Shown in pieces: positions 1-11,575 of a stretch of 64,000 bases of DNA. The DNA comes from an uncultured Bacillales bacterium (lineage in GTDB: Bacteria; Bacillota_I; Bacilli_A; RF39; UBA660), in the NCBI GenBank assembly GCA_947571655.1, contig CANOYR010000002.1:44212-108211 (forward strand). The letters run 5' to 3'. The notes beneath the pieces are model-generated. The model was not told where the DNA came from and did not search any database. It worked only from the letters and a program-made list of their open reading frames with translations. The translations under genes were made by a program, and so were the position numbers. Position 1 is the stretch's first letter. Each line of letters opens with the position of its first letter.

Positions 1-332
1 GTAAGGATGTGAAGTGCCTTTATATTTAAATCAATCATTTCGATTTCTTTACTTAATTCTGTTTCTATAAAATTTCCAAAATCTCCAAAACCAGCATTAT
101 TTACTAAAATATTAATATCTTCATTTTTTGTTAGGACATAAAGAGATTTGGCATTAGCTTCTGATAGTAAATCCATTACTATAATTTTGGGTTTGTGTCG
201 AAAAGTAGTTGCCATTTCTTCTAATTTATTTTTACTTCTAGCTACTAAAATTAGATGGCATCCAAGTTCATCTAAATATTTTGCTATTTCTAATCCAATT
301 CCTGAAGATGCTCCTGTAACTAATGCTTTCAT
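1..332 (-). CDS. short-chain dehydrogenase/reductase (SDR) family oxidoreductase, N-terminal part; C-terminus runs off window start
   Basis: Reverse-strand translation starts MKALVTGASSGIGLEIAKYLDELGCHLILVARS... with the TGxxxGxG Rossmann motif typical of SDRs. The + strand ORF 148..447 is antisense to it. Confidence 0.6.
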   Translation of the reverse strand, partial: MKALVTGASSGIGLEIAKYLDELGCHLILVARSKNKLEEMATTFRHKPKIIVMDLLSEANAKSLYVLTKNEDINILVNNAGFGDFGNFIETELSKEIEMIDLNIKALHIL

Positions 333-459
333 ACAAATCACCTATATTTATTATACCATGGCCTATTTTAGGCTAAAAGATTTCTGGGCTATTTTTTTCA
401 TTAATTCCATATTATGCATTATATTTTCTTTTTTTTATTCATATTAATGATGTTTTATA

Positions 460-978
460 TCATTTTATCGTATGATTATTTAATTTTTTTCTTTTTGAAT
501 GATTTTCTAAATGTGTATTTACTTTGCTTATTATCTGTTCTTGGAAATTATTGGAAAGGAGAATTTTGTTATAGAATTCTTTTAGAATTTGCTCCTTTTC
601 AAGAGAGTTTTTTCTATTTTCTAATTGATGTTTTGGATCATAGAGAATAATTCCATTTTTTAGATCTTTTTTTCTTTGTTTATTATCACATTGTAAGGAT
701 TCTTTTACCTCATTATGATCATTCTCTTTTAAGTATTCTCCCCATGAATGTACATTCGAGATAATTTCATACCAGTCAAATCTTTTTGATTGTAATGTTA
801 GGTTATTTTTTTCTTTATTCGTAATAATTGTCAATTCTATTTTTCTGCGATGACCTATCATATAAGGAATCATGTAGATTCCAATAATATTTTCTCTATC
901 TTCAGTAACATAGTTTGCCACTAAGTCTATGATTGTTAATTCTATTTTATTGTTGATTTGTCTATTATCTTTTCTCAT
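460..978 (-). CDS. hypothetical protein (172 aa) immediately downstream of rplQ
   Basis: ORF with weak GGAGAGAAG RBS and an internal repeated KIELTII motif. No family recognised. It occupies the position where ecfA/ecfT/truA usually follow rplQ. Confidence 0.4.
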   Translation of the reverse strand: MRKDNRQINNKIELTIIDLVANYVTEDRENIIGIYMIPYMIGHRRKIELTIITNKEKNNLTLQSKRFDWYEIISNVHSWGEYLKENDHNEVKESLQCDNKQRKKDLKNGIILYDPKHQLENRKNSLEKEQILKEFYNKILLSNNFQEQIISKVNTHLENHSKRKKLNNHTIK

Positions 979-1033
979 ATCTTCTCTCCATTTTCTATTT
1001 TGTAATTAAAAAAAGGGAGCTCTGGCTACCCTT

Positions 1034-1378
1034 TTATTTTACTAATTCTAAGATTACCATTAACGCATCATCTCCACGTCTTTCTGCAATCTTTAAAATT
1101 CTTGTATATCCACCATTGCGGTTTTCGTATCTCTTTGATAAGTCTTCAAAGACTTTTTTTACTGCCTCAGTATCATTTTGAAGGAATGCTAGTGCCTTTC
1201 TTCTAGATACTAGGTTTCCATTTTTTCCATATGTAATCATTTTATCAACAAATTTACGAACTTCTTTTGCTCTTGTTTCTGTTGTCGTAATCTTCTCGTG
1301 CATAATGACATCTTTTACTTGGTTGGCAAGTAAACTTCTTCTATGTTTATTATCACGACCTAATTTTCTATATGCCAT
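1034..1378 (-). CDS. rplQ: 50S ribosomal protein L17
   Basis: [20 protein letters not shown]... canonical L17 N-terminus; follows rpoA. Confidence 0.95.
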   Translation of the reverse strand: MAYRKLGRDNKHRRSLLANQVKDVIMHEKITTTETRAKEVRKFVDKMITYGKNGNLVSRRKALAFLQNDTEAVKKVFEDLSKRYENRNGGYTRILKIAERRGDDALMVILELVK

Positions 1379-1395
1379 AATTAACCTCCTTACTA

Positions 1396-2346
1396 TTAAT
1401 CTTCATCTCTAAGTACTAAACCTAAATCTCTTACTTTATCTAATACTTCTTTTAATGATTTCTTTCCTAAATTACGAATTTTCATCATTTCTGATTCAGA
1501 TTTATTTACTAAGTCTTGTAAGTTATGGATACCTGCTCGTTTTAGACAGTTATAAGCACGTACTGAGAAGTCTAAGTCTTCGATTGTTGTTTCTAATGCT
1601 TTTACTTTTGGATCTTCTGTTTTTTCAATCATAAGACCTGTTACATCTGCGATATTACTTAAATCTGTTAGAATTTCAAAATGTTCAATTAAAATACGAG
1701 ATGCCAAAGCGACTGCTTCTTCTGGTTTAATAGAACCGTTCGTCCATACACTTAATACTAATTTATCATAGCTTTCATCTTGTCCAACACGTGCTGGTTC
1801 AACTTCATAAGATACTCTTTCAATTGGAGAGTATAGAGAATCTATGGCGATTGCACCAACCTTTTTATCAGTTAATAGTTTCTTATTATCGTCACTTTTT
1901 ACATATCCTCTTCCATTATCTACTGTCATTTCCATTACTAGGCTTCCACCCTTAGCTAAAGTAGCAATAACTTTATCTGGATTCAAGATTTCAATATCTG
2001 AATCGCGTTCAATATCCCCAGCAGTAACGGGACCTTCTTTATTTGCATTAATATGAATTACTTTCTTTTCTCCAGAATGATTTTTTATTACGATGTCCTT
2101 TAAATTCAGAATAATTAATGAAACATCTTCAATTACTCCATCAATTGTTTGGAATTCATGAGATACGCCTTCAATTTTTACACTTGTAATTGCACTTCCT
2201 GGAAGAGAGGATAACATCACTCTTCTTAGAGCATTTCCAAGAGTTGTTCCAAATCCTCTTTCTAAAGGTTCTAATTCAAACTTTCCAAAGAAATTATTTT
2301 CTACATAATCTGTAATTTTATAAATTGGTTTTTCAAATTGTAACAT
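1396..2346 (-). CDS. rpoA: DNA-directed RNA polymerase subunit alpha
   Basis: 316 aa with conserved NTD ([18 protein letters not shown]) and CTD; position in the alpha operon. Confidence 0.95.
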   Translation of the reverse strand: MLQFEKPIYKITDYVENNFFGKFELEPLERGFGTTLGNALRRVMLSSLPGSAITSVKIEGVSHEFQTIDGVIEDVSLIILNLKDIVIKNHSGEKKVIHINANKEGPVTAGDIERDSDIEILNPDKVIATLAKGGSLVMEMTVDNGRGYVKSDDNKKLLTDKKVGAIAIDSLYSPIERVSYEVEPARVGQDESYDKLVLSVWTNGSIKPEEAVALASRILIEHFEILTDLSNIADVTGLMIEKTEDPKVKALETTIEDLDFSVRAYNCLKRAGIHNLQDLVNKSESEMMKIRNLGKKSLKEVLDKVRDLGLVLRDED

Positions 2347-2367
2347 GAAACTTTCCTCCTTTATCGA

Positions 2368-2751
2368 TTACCCACGAGGGCGTTTTGGTGGACGACATCC
2401 ATTGTGTGGAATTGGTGTTACATCTGAAATTGCTGTAACTTCAAGTCCTGCAGTTTGTAAGGAACGAATTGCTGTCTCACGTCCTGGACCCATACCTTTT
2501 ACTAATACTTCTACTTTGCGCATTCCCATATCGTAAGCAGCTTTTCCTGCAGCCTCTGCAGCCATACCAGCAGCATATGGTGTTGATTTTTTACTTCCTT
2601 TAAAACCGATTGCTCCACTGCATGACCAACTGATGGTATTTCCATTTTTATCACTGATGGTTACGATTGTGTTGTTAAACGTTGAATGAATATGTGCAAC
2701 ACCTTCTGGTACATTCTTTTTGACTTTTCTTTTTCTTGTTTTATATGCCAT
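2368..2751 (-). CDS. rpsK: 30S ribosomal protein S11
   Basis: Conserved S11 sequence ([14 protein letters not shown]..., C-terminal [10 protein letters not shown] is not diagnostic alone). Confidence 0.95.
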   Translation of the reverse strand: MAYKTRKRKVKKNVPEGVAHIHSTFNNTIVTISDKNGNTISWSCSGAIGFKGSKKSTPYAAGMAAEAAGKAAYDMGMRKVEVLVKGMGPGRETAIRSLQTAGLEVTAISDVTPIPHNGCRPPKRPRG

Positions 2752-2773
2752 AAGTCTGACCTCCTAACTTTTT

Positions 2774-3139
2774 TTATTTCTTTTTATTTGCGATTGTTTT
2801 TGGTTTACCCTTACGAGTACGTGCATTTCTAGAAGTTCTTTGTCCTCTTACTGGTAATCCTCTTTTATGACGAATCCCTTGATAAGAATTAATCTCCATC
2901 TTTGTTTTGATGTTCATGTTGACTTCACGACGTAAATCACCTTCTGTTAGGTATTTTGATACTTCGTCACGGATTCTTGCTAATTCGTCATTATCTAAAT
3001 CACGTGCCTTTTTGCTAGGCTCTACGTTTGCATCTTTACAAATCGTAAGTGCAAGTTTTCTTCCAATACCATAGATATATGTTAATGCGATTGATATATG
3101 TTTCTCATTAGGGATATCAATTCCTTTAATACGTGCCAT
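2774..3139 (-). CDS. rpsM: 30S ribosomal protein S13
   Basis: [26 protein letters not shown]... canonical S13. Confidence 0.95.
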   Translation of the reverse strand: MARIKGIDIPNEKHISIALTYIYGIGRKLALTICKDANVEPSKKARDLDNDELARIRDEVSKYLTEGDLRREVNMNIKTKMEINSYQGIRHKRGLPVRGQRTSRNARTRKGKPKTIANKKK

Positions 3140-3158
3140 AAATTACACCTCCTATAAA

Positions 3159-3272
3159 TTATCCTTGTTTTTGTTTGTGCTTTTTATTTTGACAAATAAC
3201 CATTACTTTTCCTTTTCTTCTAATTATTCTACATTTTGCACAAATTGGTTTTACTGATGCTTTTACTTTCAT
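3159..3272 (-). CDS. rpmJ: 50S ribosomal protein L36
   Basis: Below the ORF-track size cutoff. Manual translation gives [37 protein letters not shown] (37 aa, zinc ribbon) between infA and rpsM. Confidence 0.85.
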   Translation of the reverse strand: MKVKASVKPICAKCRIIRRKGKVMVICQNKKHKQKQG

Positions 3273-3282
3273 ATTTCTCCTC

Positions 3283-3504
3283 CTAACCTTTTCTATAGGT
3301 TATGCGCCCTCGTTTTAAGTCATAAGGGGACATTTCTACTACAACTGTATCTCCTGGTAAAATACGAATATAGTTCATCCTTATTTTACCAGAAGGGTGA
3401 GCGTCTTCTACAATATGACCATTTTCAAGTTCAACTTTAAAATGCCCACCTGGTATTATTTCTAGAACTTTTCCTTCCATTTCAATAATATCATCTTTTG
3501 CCAT
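3283..3504 (-). CDS. infA: translation initiation factor IF-1
   Basis: [15 protein letters not shown]... S1-like IF-1, 72 aa. Confidence 0.95.
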   Translation of the reverse strand: MAKDDIIEMEGKVLEIIPGGHFKVELENGHIVEDAHPSGKIRMNYIRILPGDTVVVEMSPYDLKRGRITYRKG

Positions 3505-3508
3505 TTCT

Positions 3509-4255
3509 TCACTCTCCCGTCAAAATTTTATATCCATCTTTGGTTACAGCTACTGTATGCTCATAGTGTGCAGAGGGTTTTCCATCATCTGTTTCAATGG
3601 TCCAGTCATCATCTAAAATATAAATGTCTGCCGTTCCCAAATTTAACATTGGTTCAATCGCAATGACCATTCCCTCTTTTAGAATCGGACCTGTTCCTTT
3701 TTTTCCGTAATTTGGAACTTCAGGGTCTTCATGAACACTTGTACCCACACCATGACCTACGAGTTCTTTAACGACACCTAAGTGATATTTTTCGGCATAC
3801 TTTTCAATTGCTTCTCCGATATCACCAACTCGGTTTCCTGGTTTTACTTGTTTAATTCCCTCATATAACGCTTTTTTTGTATGCTCCATCAGATACTTTT
3901 TTTTATCATCAATTTCTCCAACTGCATACGTCCAAGCCGAATCTCCATGAAATCCTTTATAACAAGCTCCAATATCTATTTTTATAATATCACCATTTTT
4001 TAATTTTCTTTTTCCTGGAATTCCGTGAACTACTTGATTATTGATACTTGTACAAATCGCCCCCGGAAAACCACTGTAACCTTTAAAAGAAGGGGTTGCA
4101 TCTTGACTTAGAATAAATTTTTCTGCCAAGAGGTCTATCTCTTTTGTCGTAATTCCCTCTTTTATATATGGCTTTAAATATTGATGTGTGCGATAAACAA
4201 TGTTTCCCGCTTTGTTCATGAGTTCTATTTCTCTCTCACTTTTTATTATTATCAT
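3509..4255 (-). CDS. map: type I methionine aminopeptidase
   Basis: 248 aa with metal-binding residues; canonical adk-map-infA order. Confidence 0.9.
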   Translation of the reverse strand: MIIIKSEREIELMNKAGNIVYRTHQYLKPYIKEGITTKEIDLLAEKFILSQDATPSFKGYSGFPGAICTSINNQVVHGIPGKRKLKNGDIIKIDIGACYKGFHGDSAWTYAVGEIDDKKKYLMEHTKKALYEGIKQVKPGNRVGDIGEAIEKYAEKYHLGVVKELVGHGVGTSVHEDPEVPNYGKKGTGPILKEGMVIAIEPMLNLGTADIYILDDDWTIETDDGKPSAHYEHTVAVTKDGYKILTGE

Positions 4256-4911
4256 AGGACCCTCTCTTTTTCTATGATTTCACTGAGTTCTTGAAAAACG
4301 TCTTCCTTACTTTTATCAGCTTGGATATGGTAAAGAAGCTGTTTCTTTTGATAGTAATCTATGAGTGCACTTGTTTTATCTAAGTATTCCTCATAACGAG
4401 TTTCAAATGATTGTTCATTGTCATCACTTCTTTGAAATAAATTACCACCACATTGATCACAGATAGATTCTATTTTTGGTTTTAGAGATTCTATGTTAAT
4501 GTTGTAGAGAGAACCACATTGTTTGCAACATCTTCTACCTGTTATTCTCTTTTTTAGTATTTCTTTTTCTACTTCTAGGAGAAAAACAAAATTTAATTTG
4601 TCATTTTTTTTATTTAATATTTTCTCTAAGTGTTTCGCTTGATGTATATTTCTTGGAAAACCGTCAAATAATAAGTTTTTATTTTTATTTTCTTCCATAA
4701 AATTATCTAGTAATTGGAAGATAATCTCATCACTTACTAAGACTCCGTTTTCCAAAATATTTTTTATTTTTTTCCCAAAATCGTCTTCTCTACTGGCAGA
4801 TTTTCTTAATAAATCTCCAGTAGACAGATGATGTAAATGGTATTTTTTTTCTAATAACTCAGCTTGTGTTCCCTTCCCAGCAGCGGGTGGGGCAAGTAAA
4901 ATAATATTCAT
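4252..4911 (-). CDS. adk: adenylate kinase (zinc-finger LID)
   Basis: P-loop GKGTQ and CxxC...CxxC LID; overlaps map start by 4 nt. Confidence 0.9.
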   Translation of the reverse strand: MNIILLAPPAAGKGTQAELLEKKYHLHHLSTGDLLRKSASREDDFGKKIKNILENGVLVSDEIIFQLLDNFMEENKNKNLLFDGFPRNIHQAKHLEKILNKKNDKLNFVFLLEVEKEILKKRITGRRCCKQCGSLYNINIESLKPKIESICDQCGGNLFQRSDDNEQSFETRYEEYLDKTSALIDYYQKKQLLYHIQADKSKEDVFQELSEIIEKERVL

Positions 4912-4914
4912 TAA

Positions 4915-6198
4915 TTATTTTCTCCTATAACTTTTTTTGTAACTTCTTGTTACTAAGCTTCCTTCAAGCTGTTTGTATGTTTCTAGTGCAACACCAACAA
5001 CAATTAATAATCCAGTACCACCAATGGTTACGTTACTAGGTAAACTAATCTTATTGGAAAGATTAATAAGTGCTGTAAAAGCGATTGGTAATCCTGCAAT
5101 AATAATTAGGAAAATAGATCCTACTACGGTAAGTCTTGAAATTACTTTGGAAATATAGTTTTCTGTATCTTTTCCTGGACGAATTCCTGGAATGTATCCG
5201 CCTCCTTGTTGTAAGTCTTTTGATAACTCCTCTGGTTTGATTTGAATAAATGTATAAAAGTACCCAAAGAAGAATATCAAACATACATAGATTAAAAATC
5301 CAACTGGAGTTGTATAACTTAAATACTGATTACAGAAATCAATAAATCCTTGATCCTTTGTAAATTGTGCAATCGTTGCAGGAATCGCTAAGAAGCTGGA
5401 TGCGAAAATAACTGGGACTACTCCTGCAGCATTAATTTTCATTGGCATAAAACTTTGTGCATTTCCATATGCACTGGTAGATTTATTGGCATATTGAATC
5501 GGGATTTTACGATCCGCTTCTTGCACCCAAATTACTCCAATTACAATTAGGAAATATACAACAATGAATAGTACAAATAGACCAATTCCTATTGCTTTCG
5601 CAATGGCAGAATTTACAACCAATCCTTCAAAGGCTGCAATAAACATTTGAGGGAGCGTTTCGATAATTCCAGCCATAATAATCAAAGACATTCCATTTCC
5701 AATTCCCTTTTTGGTAATTTGATCTCCTAACCATAGGGTAAATGCTGTACCAGCAGTTAGAATCGTTGCAACATATAGATGTTCTAATGCACTTACGTCT
5801 TTTCCTAAGAAGGCAAAGGAAAATGCAAATCCTTCAATGAAGGCAAAGATAATTCCCATATATCTGGTAATCTGATTAATTTTCTGACGACCCACGGGAC
5901 CCTCTTTGGATAATTCGCTAAAATATGGAACAATATCTAGTTGTAATAATTGCATGATGATGGATGCCGTAATGTATGGCATGACTCCTAGTGCAAAAAT
6001 TGAGAATCTTTTTAGGGAACCTCCACCCATCGCATCCATTAATTCTAGAAATCCTAAGTTTCCTGTAATATCAGCAGTTCCAGGAACTCGAATCGATGTT
6101 CCGATAATAAAAATCATTAATGCAGCCAACGTGAACCCGATTCTTTTTCTTAAATCTTTATTCGTCGGTGCAAATAATTGTTTCAATACTTGAAACAT
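4915..6198 (-). CDS. secY: preprotein translocase subunit SecY
   Basis: 427 aa, 10-TM SecY; operon position. Confidence 0.95.
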   Translation of the reverse strand: MFQVLKQLFAPTNKDLRKRIGFTLAALMIFIIGTSIRVPGTADITGNLGFLELMDAMGGGSLKRFSIFALGVMPYITASIIMQLLQLDIVPYFSELSKEGPVGRQKINQITRYMGIIFAFIEGFAFSFAFLGKDVSALEHLYVATILTAGTAFTLWLGDQITKKGIGNGMSLIIMAGIIETLPQMFIAAFEGLVVNSAIAKAIGIGLFVLFIVVYFLIVIGVIWVQEADRKIPIQYANKSTSAYGNAQSFMPMKINAAGVVPVIFASSFLAIPATIAQFTKDQGFIDFCNQYLSYTTPVGFLIYVCLIFFFGYFYTFIQIKPEELSKDLQQGGGYIPGIRPGKDTENYISKVISRLTVVGSIFLIIIAGLPIAFTALINLSNKISLPSNVTIGGTGLLIVVGVALETYKQLEGSLVTRSYKKSYRRK

Positions 6199-6199
6199 A

Positions 6200-6643
6200 T
6201 TAGATCACCTCGGCTTTACTTCCTGACTTTTCAATCTTTTCTACAGCATTTACTGAGAATTTATTTGCTTGAATGGTAATTTTATGTTCTAATGTACCAT
6301 TTCCAAGTACTTTGATACCATCGTAACTTTTCTTTACTAAACCAGTTTCTTTCAATAAAGCAGGTGTTACTACTGTACCATCTTCAAATCTGTTTAAATC
6401 GTCTAAGTTTACTACTGCATATTCAACCTTAAATCTTGCATTTGTAAATCCACGTTTTGGAAGACGTCTGTATAGTGGTAATTGTCCACCTTCAAATACA
6501 GCTCCTTTTCCTCCACCACTACGTGCTTTTTGACCCTTTTGCCCTTTTCCACTTGTCTTTCCTAAACCACTACCTGGTCCTTGACCTAATCTTTTCTTTT
6601 TATGTCTAGAACCTTCACTTGCTTTTAATTCATGTAACTTCAT
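6200..6643 (-). CDS. rplO: 50S ribosomal protein L15
   Basis: Gly/Lys-rich N-terminus typical of L15; directly follows rpsE with no L30 gene. Confidence 0.9.
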   Translation of the reverse strand: MKLHELKASEGSRHKKKRLGQGPGSGLGKTSGKGQKGQKARSGGGKGAVFEGGQLPLYRRLPKRGFTNARFKVEYAVVNLDDLNRFEDGTVVTPALLKETGLVKKSYDGIKVLGNGTLEHKITIQANKFSVNAVEKIEKSGSKAEVI

Positions 6644-7158
6644 TATCCTAAAATCTCCTCTTCTGTTTTTCCTCTTAATTTTGCAACTTCGCTTACAGAT
6701 TTCACCGATTTTAATGCATTAATTGTAGCAGTAGCCATGTTTAGTTTGGTACGACTTCCAAGTGATTTTGACAAAATATCACGAACTCCAGCAAGTTCTA
6801 AAACGGCACGAACTGCACCACCAGCAATCACTCCAGTACCAGCACTTGCAGGTTTTAAGAATACCTTGGCAGCTCCAGCAACACCAGTGATTTCATGTTG
6901 AATGGTTCTTCCGTCAACTAAAGAGATTCTAACTAGATTTTTATTTGCAGCTTGAATCGCTTTTTTGATTGCATCAGGAACTTCATTTGCTTTTCCAATT
7001 CCTAATCCAACACGACCTTTTCTATCCCCAACAACAACACAAGCTGAGAATCTTCTTTGACGTCCACCTTTGTTAACTTTAACAACAGATTTTACTTCAA
7101 TTACTAATTCTTCTAACTCTTTTTCTTTTTGTCTTGGGTCGTTATTTCTATTTTGCAT
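6643..7158 (-). CDS. rpsE: 30S ribosomal protein S5
   Basis: Conserved S5 dsRBD and C-terminal domain. Confidence 0.95.
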   Translation of the reverse strand: MQNRNNDPRQKEKELEELVIEVKSVVKVNKGGRQRRFSACVVVGDRKGRVGLGIGKANEVPDAIKKAIQAANKNLVRISLVDGRTIQHEITGVAGAAKVFLKPASAGTGVIAGGAVRAVLELAGVRDILSKSLGSRTKLNMATATINALKSVKSVSEVAKLRGKTEEEILG

Positions 7159-7171
7159 AAATACCCTCCTA

Positions 7172-7537
7172 TTAGAATTCTAATCCTTTGCTACGTGCAG
7201 CTTCTGCTAAAGCTTTCACACGTCCATGATAAAGATATCCACCTCTATCAAATACTACTTTTGTAATTCCTGCTTTTTTACAAGCTTCGGCAATTGCTTC
7301 TCCAACCTTGCTAGCAGCATCACGGTTTCCACCACTTGCTAATTTTAGAGTTAGAGTAGAAGCACTTGCTAAAGTAATACCATTTTCATCATCGATAACT
7401 TGCGCTCCGATATTTTTATTTGATCGGTAAACAGAAAGTCTTGGAACTACTGGAGTACCAAAGATTTTACTTCTTACTCTCTCATGTCTAATCTTGCGCA
7501 TTTCATTGCGAGATACTTTGTTTATCATAAGTAACAC
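7172..7537 (-). CDS. rplR: 50S ribosomal protein L18 (true start possibly the internal Met at MINKVSRNE...)
   Basis: L18 family sequence; operon position. Confidence 0.9.
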   Translation of the reverse strand: MLLMINKVSRNEMRKIRHERVRSKIFGTPVVPRLSVYRSNKNIGAQVIDDENGITLASASTLTLKLASGGNRDAASKVGEAIAEACKKAGITKVVFDRGGYLYHGRVKALAEAARSKGLEF

Positions 7538-7553
7538 TCCCTTCTACGTGATT

Positions 7554-8090
7554 TTAAGCAGCTTTCTTACCTTCTTTACGTTGTATATGTTCGTCTTTAT
7601 AACGAATTCCTTTTCCTTTATATGGTTCTGGTTTTCTTATCTTACGAATGTTTGCTGCAAATTCTCCAACTTTTTCTTTATTAATTCCTTCTACTGTAAG
7701 TTCAGTATTGGATGGTACTTCCACTGAAAGTCCAGCTGGAATTTCTAATTCTACTGGATGAGAATATCCAGCATTAATTACTAAGGCATTGCCCTTTTTC
7801 GTAAAGCGATAACCAACACCAATAATTTCCAAATCTTTTTTGAAACCATTGGTAACACCTTCAATCATATTACTAATATTAGCATTGGTTGTTCCATGCA
7901 TTGCCTTTGTTGTTTTTTCATCGTTTGCTCTCGTGACAACTACAGTATTGTCTTCTACTTGAACGGTAATGTTTTTTTCGATTTTTAAAGATAGCTCTCC
8001 TTTTGGTCCTTTTACAGTTACTTGATTTTCATCGATTGTTATTGTAACACCTTCAGGTACTACCAATCTTCTGTTTCCAATACGGCTCAT
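7554..8090 (-). CDS. rplF: 50S ribosomal protein L6
   Basis: MSRIGNRRLVVPEGVTITID... canonical L6. Confidence 0.95.
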   Translation of the reverse strand: MSRIGNRRLVVPEGVTITIDENQVTVKGPKGELSLKIEKNITVQVEDNTVVVTRANDEKTTKAMHGTTNANISNMIEGVTNGFKKDLEIIGVGYRFTKKGNALVINAGYSHPVELEIPAGLSVEVPSNTELTVEGINKEKVGEFAANIRKIRKPEPYKGKGIRYKDEHIQRKEGKKAA

Positions 8091-8115
8091 TTATGACACC
8101 TCCTTATTTTTGTGA

Positions 8116-8517
8116 TTACCAAATATAAGCTAAAACTTCTCCACCTAGGTTTTGACGACGTGCCTCTTTATCTGTCATAATTCCTTTTGATGTAGAAATA
8201 ATGGCGATTCCTAAACCATTTAATACTTTAGGAATTTCATCTGCTTTTGCATACACACGTAATCCTGGTTTTGAAATTCTCTTAAGTCCTGTAATTACTC
8301 TTTCTTTCTTTTGTCCATATTTTAGTGTTAGATAAATCATTCCTTGAACATTTTCATCTAATACTTTGTAATCCTTGATAAATCCTTCTTCTTTTAAAAT
8401 TCTAGCAAGTTCTACCTTTAATTTAGAAGCAGGTACTTTTACTTCCGTATAACGCATACTATTAGCATTACGAATTCTCGTAAGCATATCTGCGATTGTA
8501 TCTGTTACTACAGCCAT
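8116..8517 (-). CDS. rpsH: 30S ribosomal protein S8
   Basis: Canonical S8, 132 aa. Confidence 0.95.
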   Translation of the reverse strand: MAVVTDTIADMLTRIRNANSMRYTEVKVPASKLKVELARILKEEGFIKDYKVLDENVQGMIYLTLKYGQKKERVITGLKRISKPGLRVYAKADEIPKVLNGLGIAIISTSKGIMTDKEARRQNLGGEVLAYIW

Positions 8518-8535
8518 TTTCGATTCCTCCTTCCT

Positions 8536-8721
8536 TTACCAGCTTGATTTTTTAACACCTGGTATTTGTCCTTTGTTTGCTAATTCTCTAAAACAAATAC
8601 GACAAATTCCGAATTTACTCATAACAGCATGAGGTCTTCCACATCTTTCACAACGAGTGTATTCACGCACTTTGAATTTTTGTTTACGACTAGCTTTTAC
8701 TTTTATACTTTTTTTTGCCAT
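8536..8721 (-). CDS. rpsN: 30S ribosomal protein S14 type Z (zinc-binding, 61 aa)
   Basis: MAKKSIKVK... [10 protein letters not shown]...CRICFRELA Cys4 motif. Start taken at MAKK rather than the upstream Met of the ORF track. Confidence 0.9.
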   Translation of the reverse strand: MAKKSIKVKASRKQKFKVREYTRCERCGRPHAVMSKFGICRICFRELANKGQIPGVKKSSW

Positions 8722-8733
8722 AATATCCTCCAA

Positions 8734-9273
8734 TTACTTTCTAAAAGGAATTCCAAGTTCACTTAATAAGTCAAATGCTTCTTCGTTTGACTTTGCGGTT
8801 GTAACGAATACGATATCCATACCACGTACTTTTACAACGTTATCATAATCAATTTCAGAGAAAATTAGTTGTTCTTTGATTCCCATTGTATAATTTCCAC
8901 GTCCATCAAATGCCTTTGGAGAAACTCCTCGGAAGTCACGAACACGTGGTAGTGCGATAGAAATTAACTTGTCGATGAAGTTATACATATTTTCTCCACG
9001 CAATGTTACTTTACATCCAATCGCTTGCCCTTCTCTTACTTTAAATCCAGCTATTGATTTACGAGCTTTTGTAATTACTGGATGTTGTCCTGAGATTACT
9101 TCTAAATCTTTTGCTGCAGCTTCGATTAATTTCGAATTGCTTGTTGCATCTCCAACTCCCATATTAATTACTACTTTCTCTAATTTAGGTACTTCCATAA
9201 CTGACTTATAGTTATGTTTCTTTTGTAAACTTGGAACTATTTCGTTTAGATATTTTTCTTTTAGGCGGTTCAT
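8734..9273 (-). CDS. rplE: 50S ribosomal protein L5
   Basis: Canonical L5, 179 aa. Confidence 0.95.
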   Translation of the reverse strand: MNRLKEKYLNEIVPSLQKKHNYKSVMEVPKLEKVVINMGVGDATSNSKLIEAAAKDLEVISGQHPVITKARKSIAGFKVREGQAIGCKVTLRGENMYNFIDKLISIALPRVRDFRGVSPKAFDGRGNYTMGIKEQLIFSEIDYDNVVKVRGMDIVFVTTAKSNEEAFDLLSELGIPFRK

Positions 9274-9291
9274 ATGTTACCCTCCTTCCAA

Positions 9292-9603
9292 CTAATCAAT
9301 CTTCTCGTTTGATTTTTTTGAAATTCTTTCTTTTTTGTTTGTCTTTTCATTTATTATATAACCAATTCTAGTTGGTTTTTTTGTTTTTGGATCAATCACC
9401 ATGACATTTGATGCATGAATTGGTGCTTCTACTTCTAAAATTCCACCAGTTTCTTGTCCATTTCCCTTTTTGTGTTTTTTTACAAGATTGACACCTTCTA
9501 CAATTACACGATTTTCTTTTCTAAGTGTCTTTGTGATTTTTCCTTCTTTTCCTTTACTAGATCCGGCTATTACTCTTACTTTGTCTCCAACTTTAAGTTT
9601 CAT
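9292..9603 (-). CDS. rplX: 50S ribosomal protein L24
   Basis: KOW-domain L24 with Lys-rich tail. Confidence 0.9.
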   Translation of the reverse strand: MKLKVGDKVRVIAGSSKGKEGKITKTLRKENRVIVEGVNLVKKHKKGNGQETGGILEVEAPIHASNVMVIDPKTKKPTRIGYIINEKTNKKERISKKSNEKID

Positions 9604-9614
9604 AATATCCTCCT

Positions 9615-9983
9615 TTATAGCACTTCTTTCGCTAAAGATACTATTTTCATGAAATCTTTGTCGCGTAATTCACGAGCAACTGGTCCAAATATACGAGTTC
9701 CAACTGGACTCTTGTCTTCTTTGATGATTACGCAAGCATTGTCATCGAATTTAATATAGCTTCCGTCATCACGACGAACACCACGTTTGCTTCTTACGAT
9801 AACAGCTTTTACAACTTTTCCTTTTGCTACAGTTCCATTAGGTGTGGCATTTTTTACTGTACCAACAACTATGTCACCGATATTTCCTGTTTTTACTTTG
9901 CTTCCACCTAGTACACGAATAACTAACAATTCTTTTGCACCAGAGTTATCTGCAACCTTTAAACGGCTTTCTTGTTGTAACAT
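9615..9983 (-). CDS. rplN: 50S ribosomal protein L14
   Basis: [19 protein letters not shown]... canonical L14. Confidence 0.95.
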   Translation of the reverse strand: MLQQESRLKVADNSGAKELLVIRVLGGSKVKTGNIGDIVVGTVKNATPNGTVAKGKVVKAVIVRSKRGVRRDDGSYIKFDDNACVIIKEDKSPVGTRIFGPVARELRDKDFMKIVSLAKEVL

Positions 9984-10009
9984 AAATCATATCCTCCTTC
10001 ACCTAAGAG

Positions 10010-10267
10010 TTATAGAATAACTGCTTCTTTTACGATTTCTGCTAAATAGAAATGTTTTGTTTTAGAAATTGGTTTTGTTTCAACAATTCTAACTGTATCT
10101 CCTACTTTAGCTTTATTTGATTCATCGTGAGCTGCATATTTCTTTGAGCTTCTCACTCTTTTTCCATATTTTGGATGTTTTTTATAAGTTTCTACTTTTA
10201 CAGTAATAGTTTTGTTATTGCAAGCACTTACTACCGTTCCAACCAATTCTTTTCTTACTTTTTCCAT
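10010..10267 (-). CDS. rpsQ: 30S ribosomal protein S17
   Basis: Canonical S17, 85 aa. Confidence 0.95.
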   Translation of the reverse strand: MEKVRKELVGTVVSACNNKTITVKVETYKKHPKYGKRVRSSKKYAAHDESNKAKVGDTVRIVETKPISKTKHFYLAEIVKEAVIL

Positions 10268-10281
10268 CTATGAAACCCTCC

Positions 10282-10479
10282 TTACTTTTCTTCTAATTCA
10301 CGTTCACGTAGTACCGTTTTTAAACGTGCTACGGTATGACGTAAATCTCTGATTCTTGAAGGTTTTTCTAAATTTCCTGTTGCCTGTTGGAATTTTAAAT
10401 TGAATAATTCTTCTTTACATTCCTTGATTTTTGCAACAATTTCTTCAGTGGTTAGTTCTCTTATTTCCTTAACCTTCAT
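10282..10479 (-). CDS. rpmC: 50S ribosomal protein L29
   Basis: [20 protein letters not shown]... Start placed at MKVKEIR just after the rplP stop; the ORF track begins 5 codons upstream. Confidence 0.85.
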   Translation of the reverse strand: MKVKEIRELTTEEIVAKIKECKEELFNLKFQQATGNLEKPSRIRDLRHTVARLKTVLRERELEEK

Positions 10480-10900
10480 TTTCGTCACCACCATTTTCTC
10501 TCATAACAAATTTTGTTTTGATAGGTAGTTTGTGGGAAGCAAGTCTTAATGCTTCACGAGCAATACTTTCGTCTACTCCTTTGATTTCAAACATTATCTT
10601 TCCTTCCTTAACTACAGCTACCCAAGCTTCCACATTTCCCTTACCTTTTCCTTGACGAGTACCAATTGGTTTCTTTGTTAAAGGTAAGTGTGGGAAAATA
10701 TTGATCCATACTTTTCCACCACGTTTCATATAACGTGTCATGGCAACACGAGCTGCTTCGATTTGATTGGATGTAATCCAAGCTCCTTCTTTTGCCATTA
10801 AACCATAGTCACCTTTGTCTAGTTTGGTATTTCCCTTTGCATGACCTTCGTAAGGTAATCTATGAACACGACGATATTTTGTTCTTGATGGGATTAACAT
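10469..10900 (-). CDS. rplP: 50S ribosomal protein L16
   Basis: [14 protein letters not shown]... canonical L16. Confidence 0.95.
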   Translation of the reverse strand: MLIPSRTKYRRVHRLPYEGHAKGNTKLDKGDYGLMAKEGAWITSNQIEAARVAMTRYMKRGGKVWINIFPHLPLTKKPIGTRQGKGKGNVEAWVAVVKEGKIMFEIKGVDESIAREALRLASHKLPIKTKFVMRENGGDENEG

Positions 10901-10902
10901 AA

Positions 10903-11556
10903 TTAATTACCTCCTTTAGCCTTTTTTGTTGGAAGAATTTCTCCTTTATAAATCCATACTTTGACACCGATTTTTCCAAATGTTGTATCTGCTTCACTGG
11001 TTGCATAATCGATATCTGCTCTTAATGTATGTAGAGGAATTGTTCCTTCTGTATATCCTTCACTACGAGCCATATCTGCTCCACCAAGACGTCCAGATAC
11101 TAATGTTTTAATACCCTTAGCTCCTGATTTCATCGCATTACGAATTGCTCTTTTTTGTGCCATTCTGAATGATGCACGATTCGAAATTTGATTTGCGATT
11201 GAGTTCGCAACAATTTGCGCATTCATATCTGGCTTTTTAATATCTACGATAGAAATACTAATTTCTTCGTTTACTAATTTTGATAATTGTTTTTTTAATT
11301 TTTCAATTGATTCTCCACCACGACCGATGATGACACCTGGTTTTGCAGTGTGAACAATGATTTCTGTTCTTTTAGAATTTCTTTCAACTTGTACTTTGGC
11401 AATAGCTGCATCTTTTAGATTTTTTTCAAAATATTCGCGGATTTTAATGTCATTATTTAATAATCTTGAATAATCTTTTCTATCTGCATACCATTTTGAG
11501 TCCCAGTCCTTGTTGATTCCAAGTCTAAGTCCATTAGGATTCACCTTTTGACCCAT
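10903..11556 (-). CDS. rpsC: 30S ribosomal protein S3
   Basis: KH-domain S3, 217 aa. Confidence 0.95.
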   Translation of the reverse strand: MGQKVNPNGLRLGINKDWDSKWYADRKDYSRLLNNDIKIREYFEKNLKDAAIAKVQVERNSKRTEIIVHTAKPGVIIGRGGESIEKLKKQLSKLVNEEISISIVDIKKPDMNAQIVANSIANQISNRASFRMAQKRAIRNAMKSGAKGIKTLVSGRLGGADMARSEGYTEGTIPLHTLRADIDYATSEADTTFGKIGVKVWIYKGEILPTKKAKGGN

Positions 11557-11575
11557 GATTTACCCTCCTTTGGTT

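Noticed and set aside
148-447. + strand 99-aa ORF at window start
   Set aside because: Lies antisense to a clear SDR oxidoreductase N-terminus (MKALVTGASSGIG...) on the minus strand; low-complexity product; treated as spurious.
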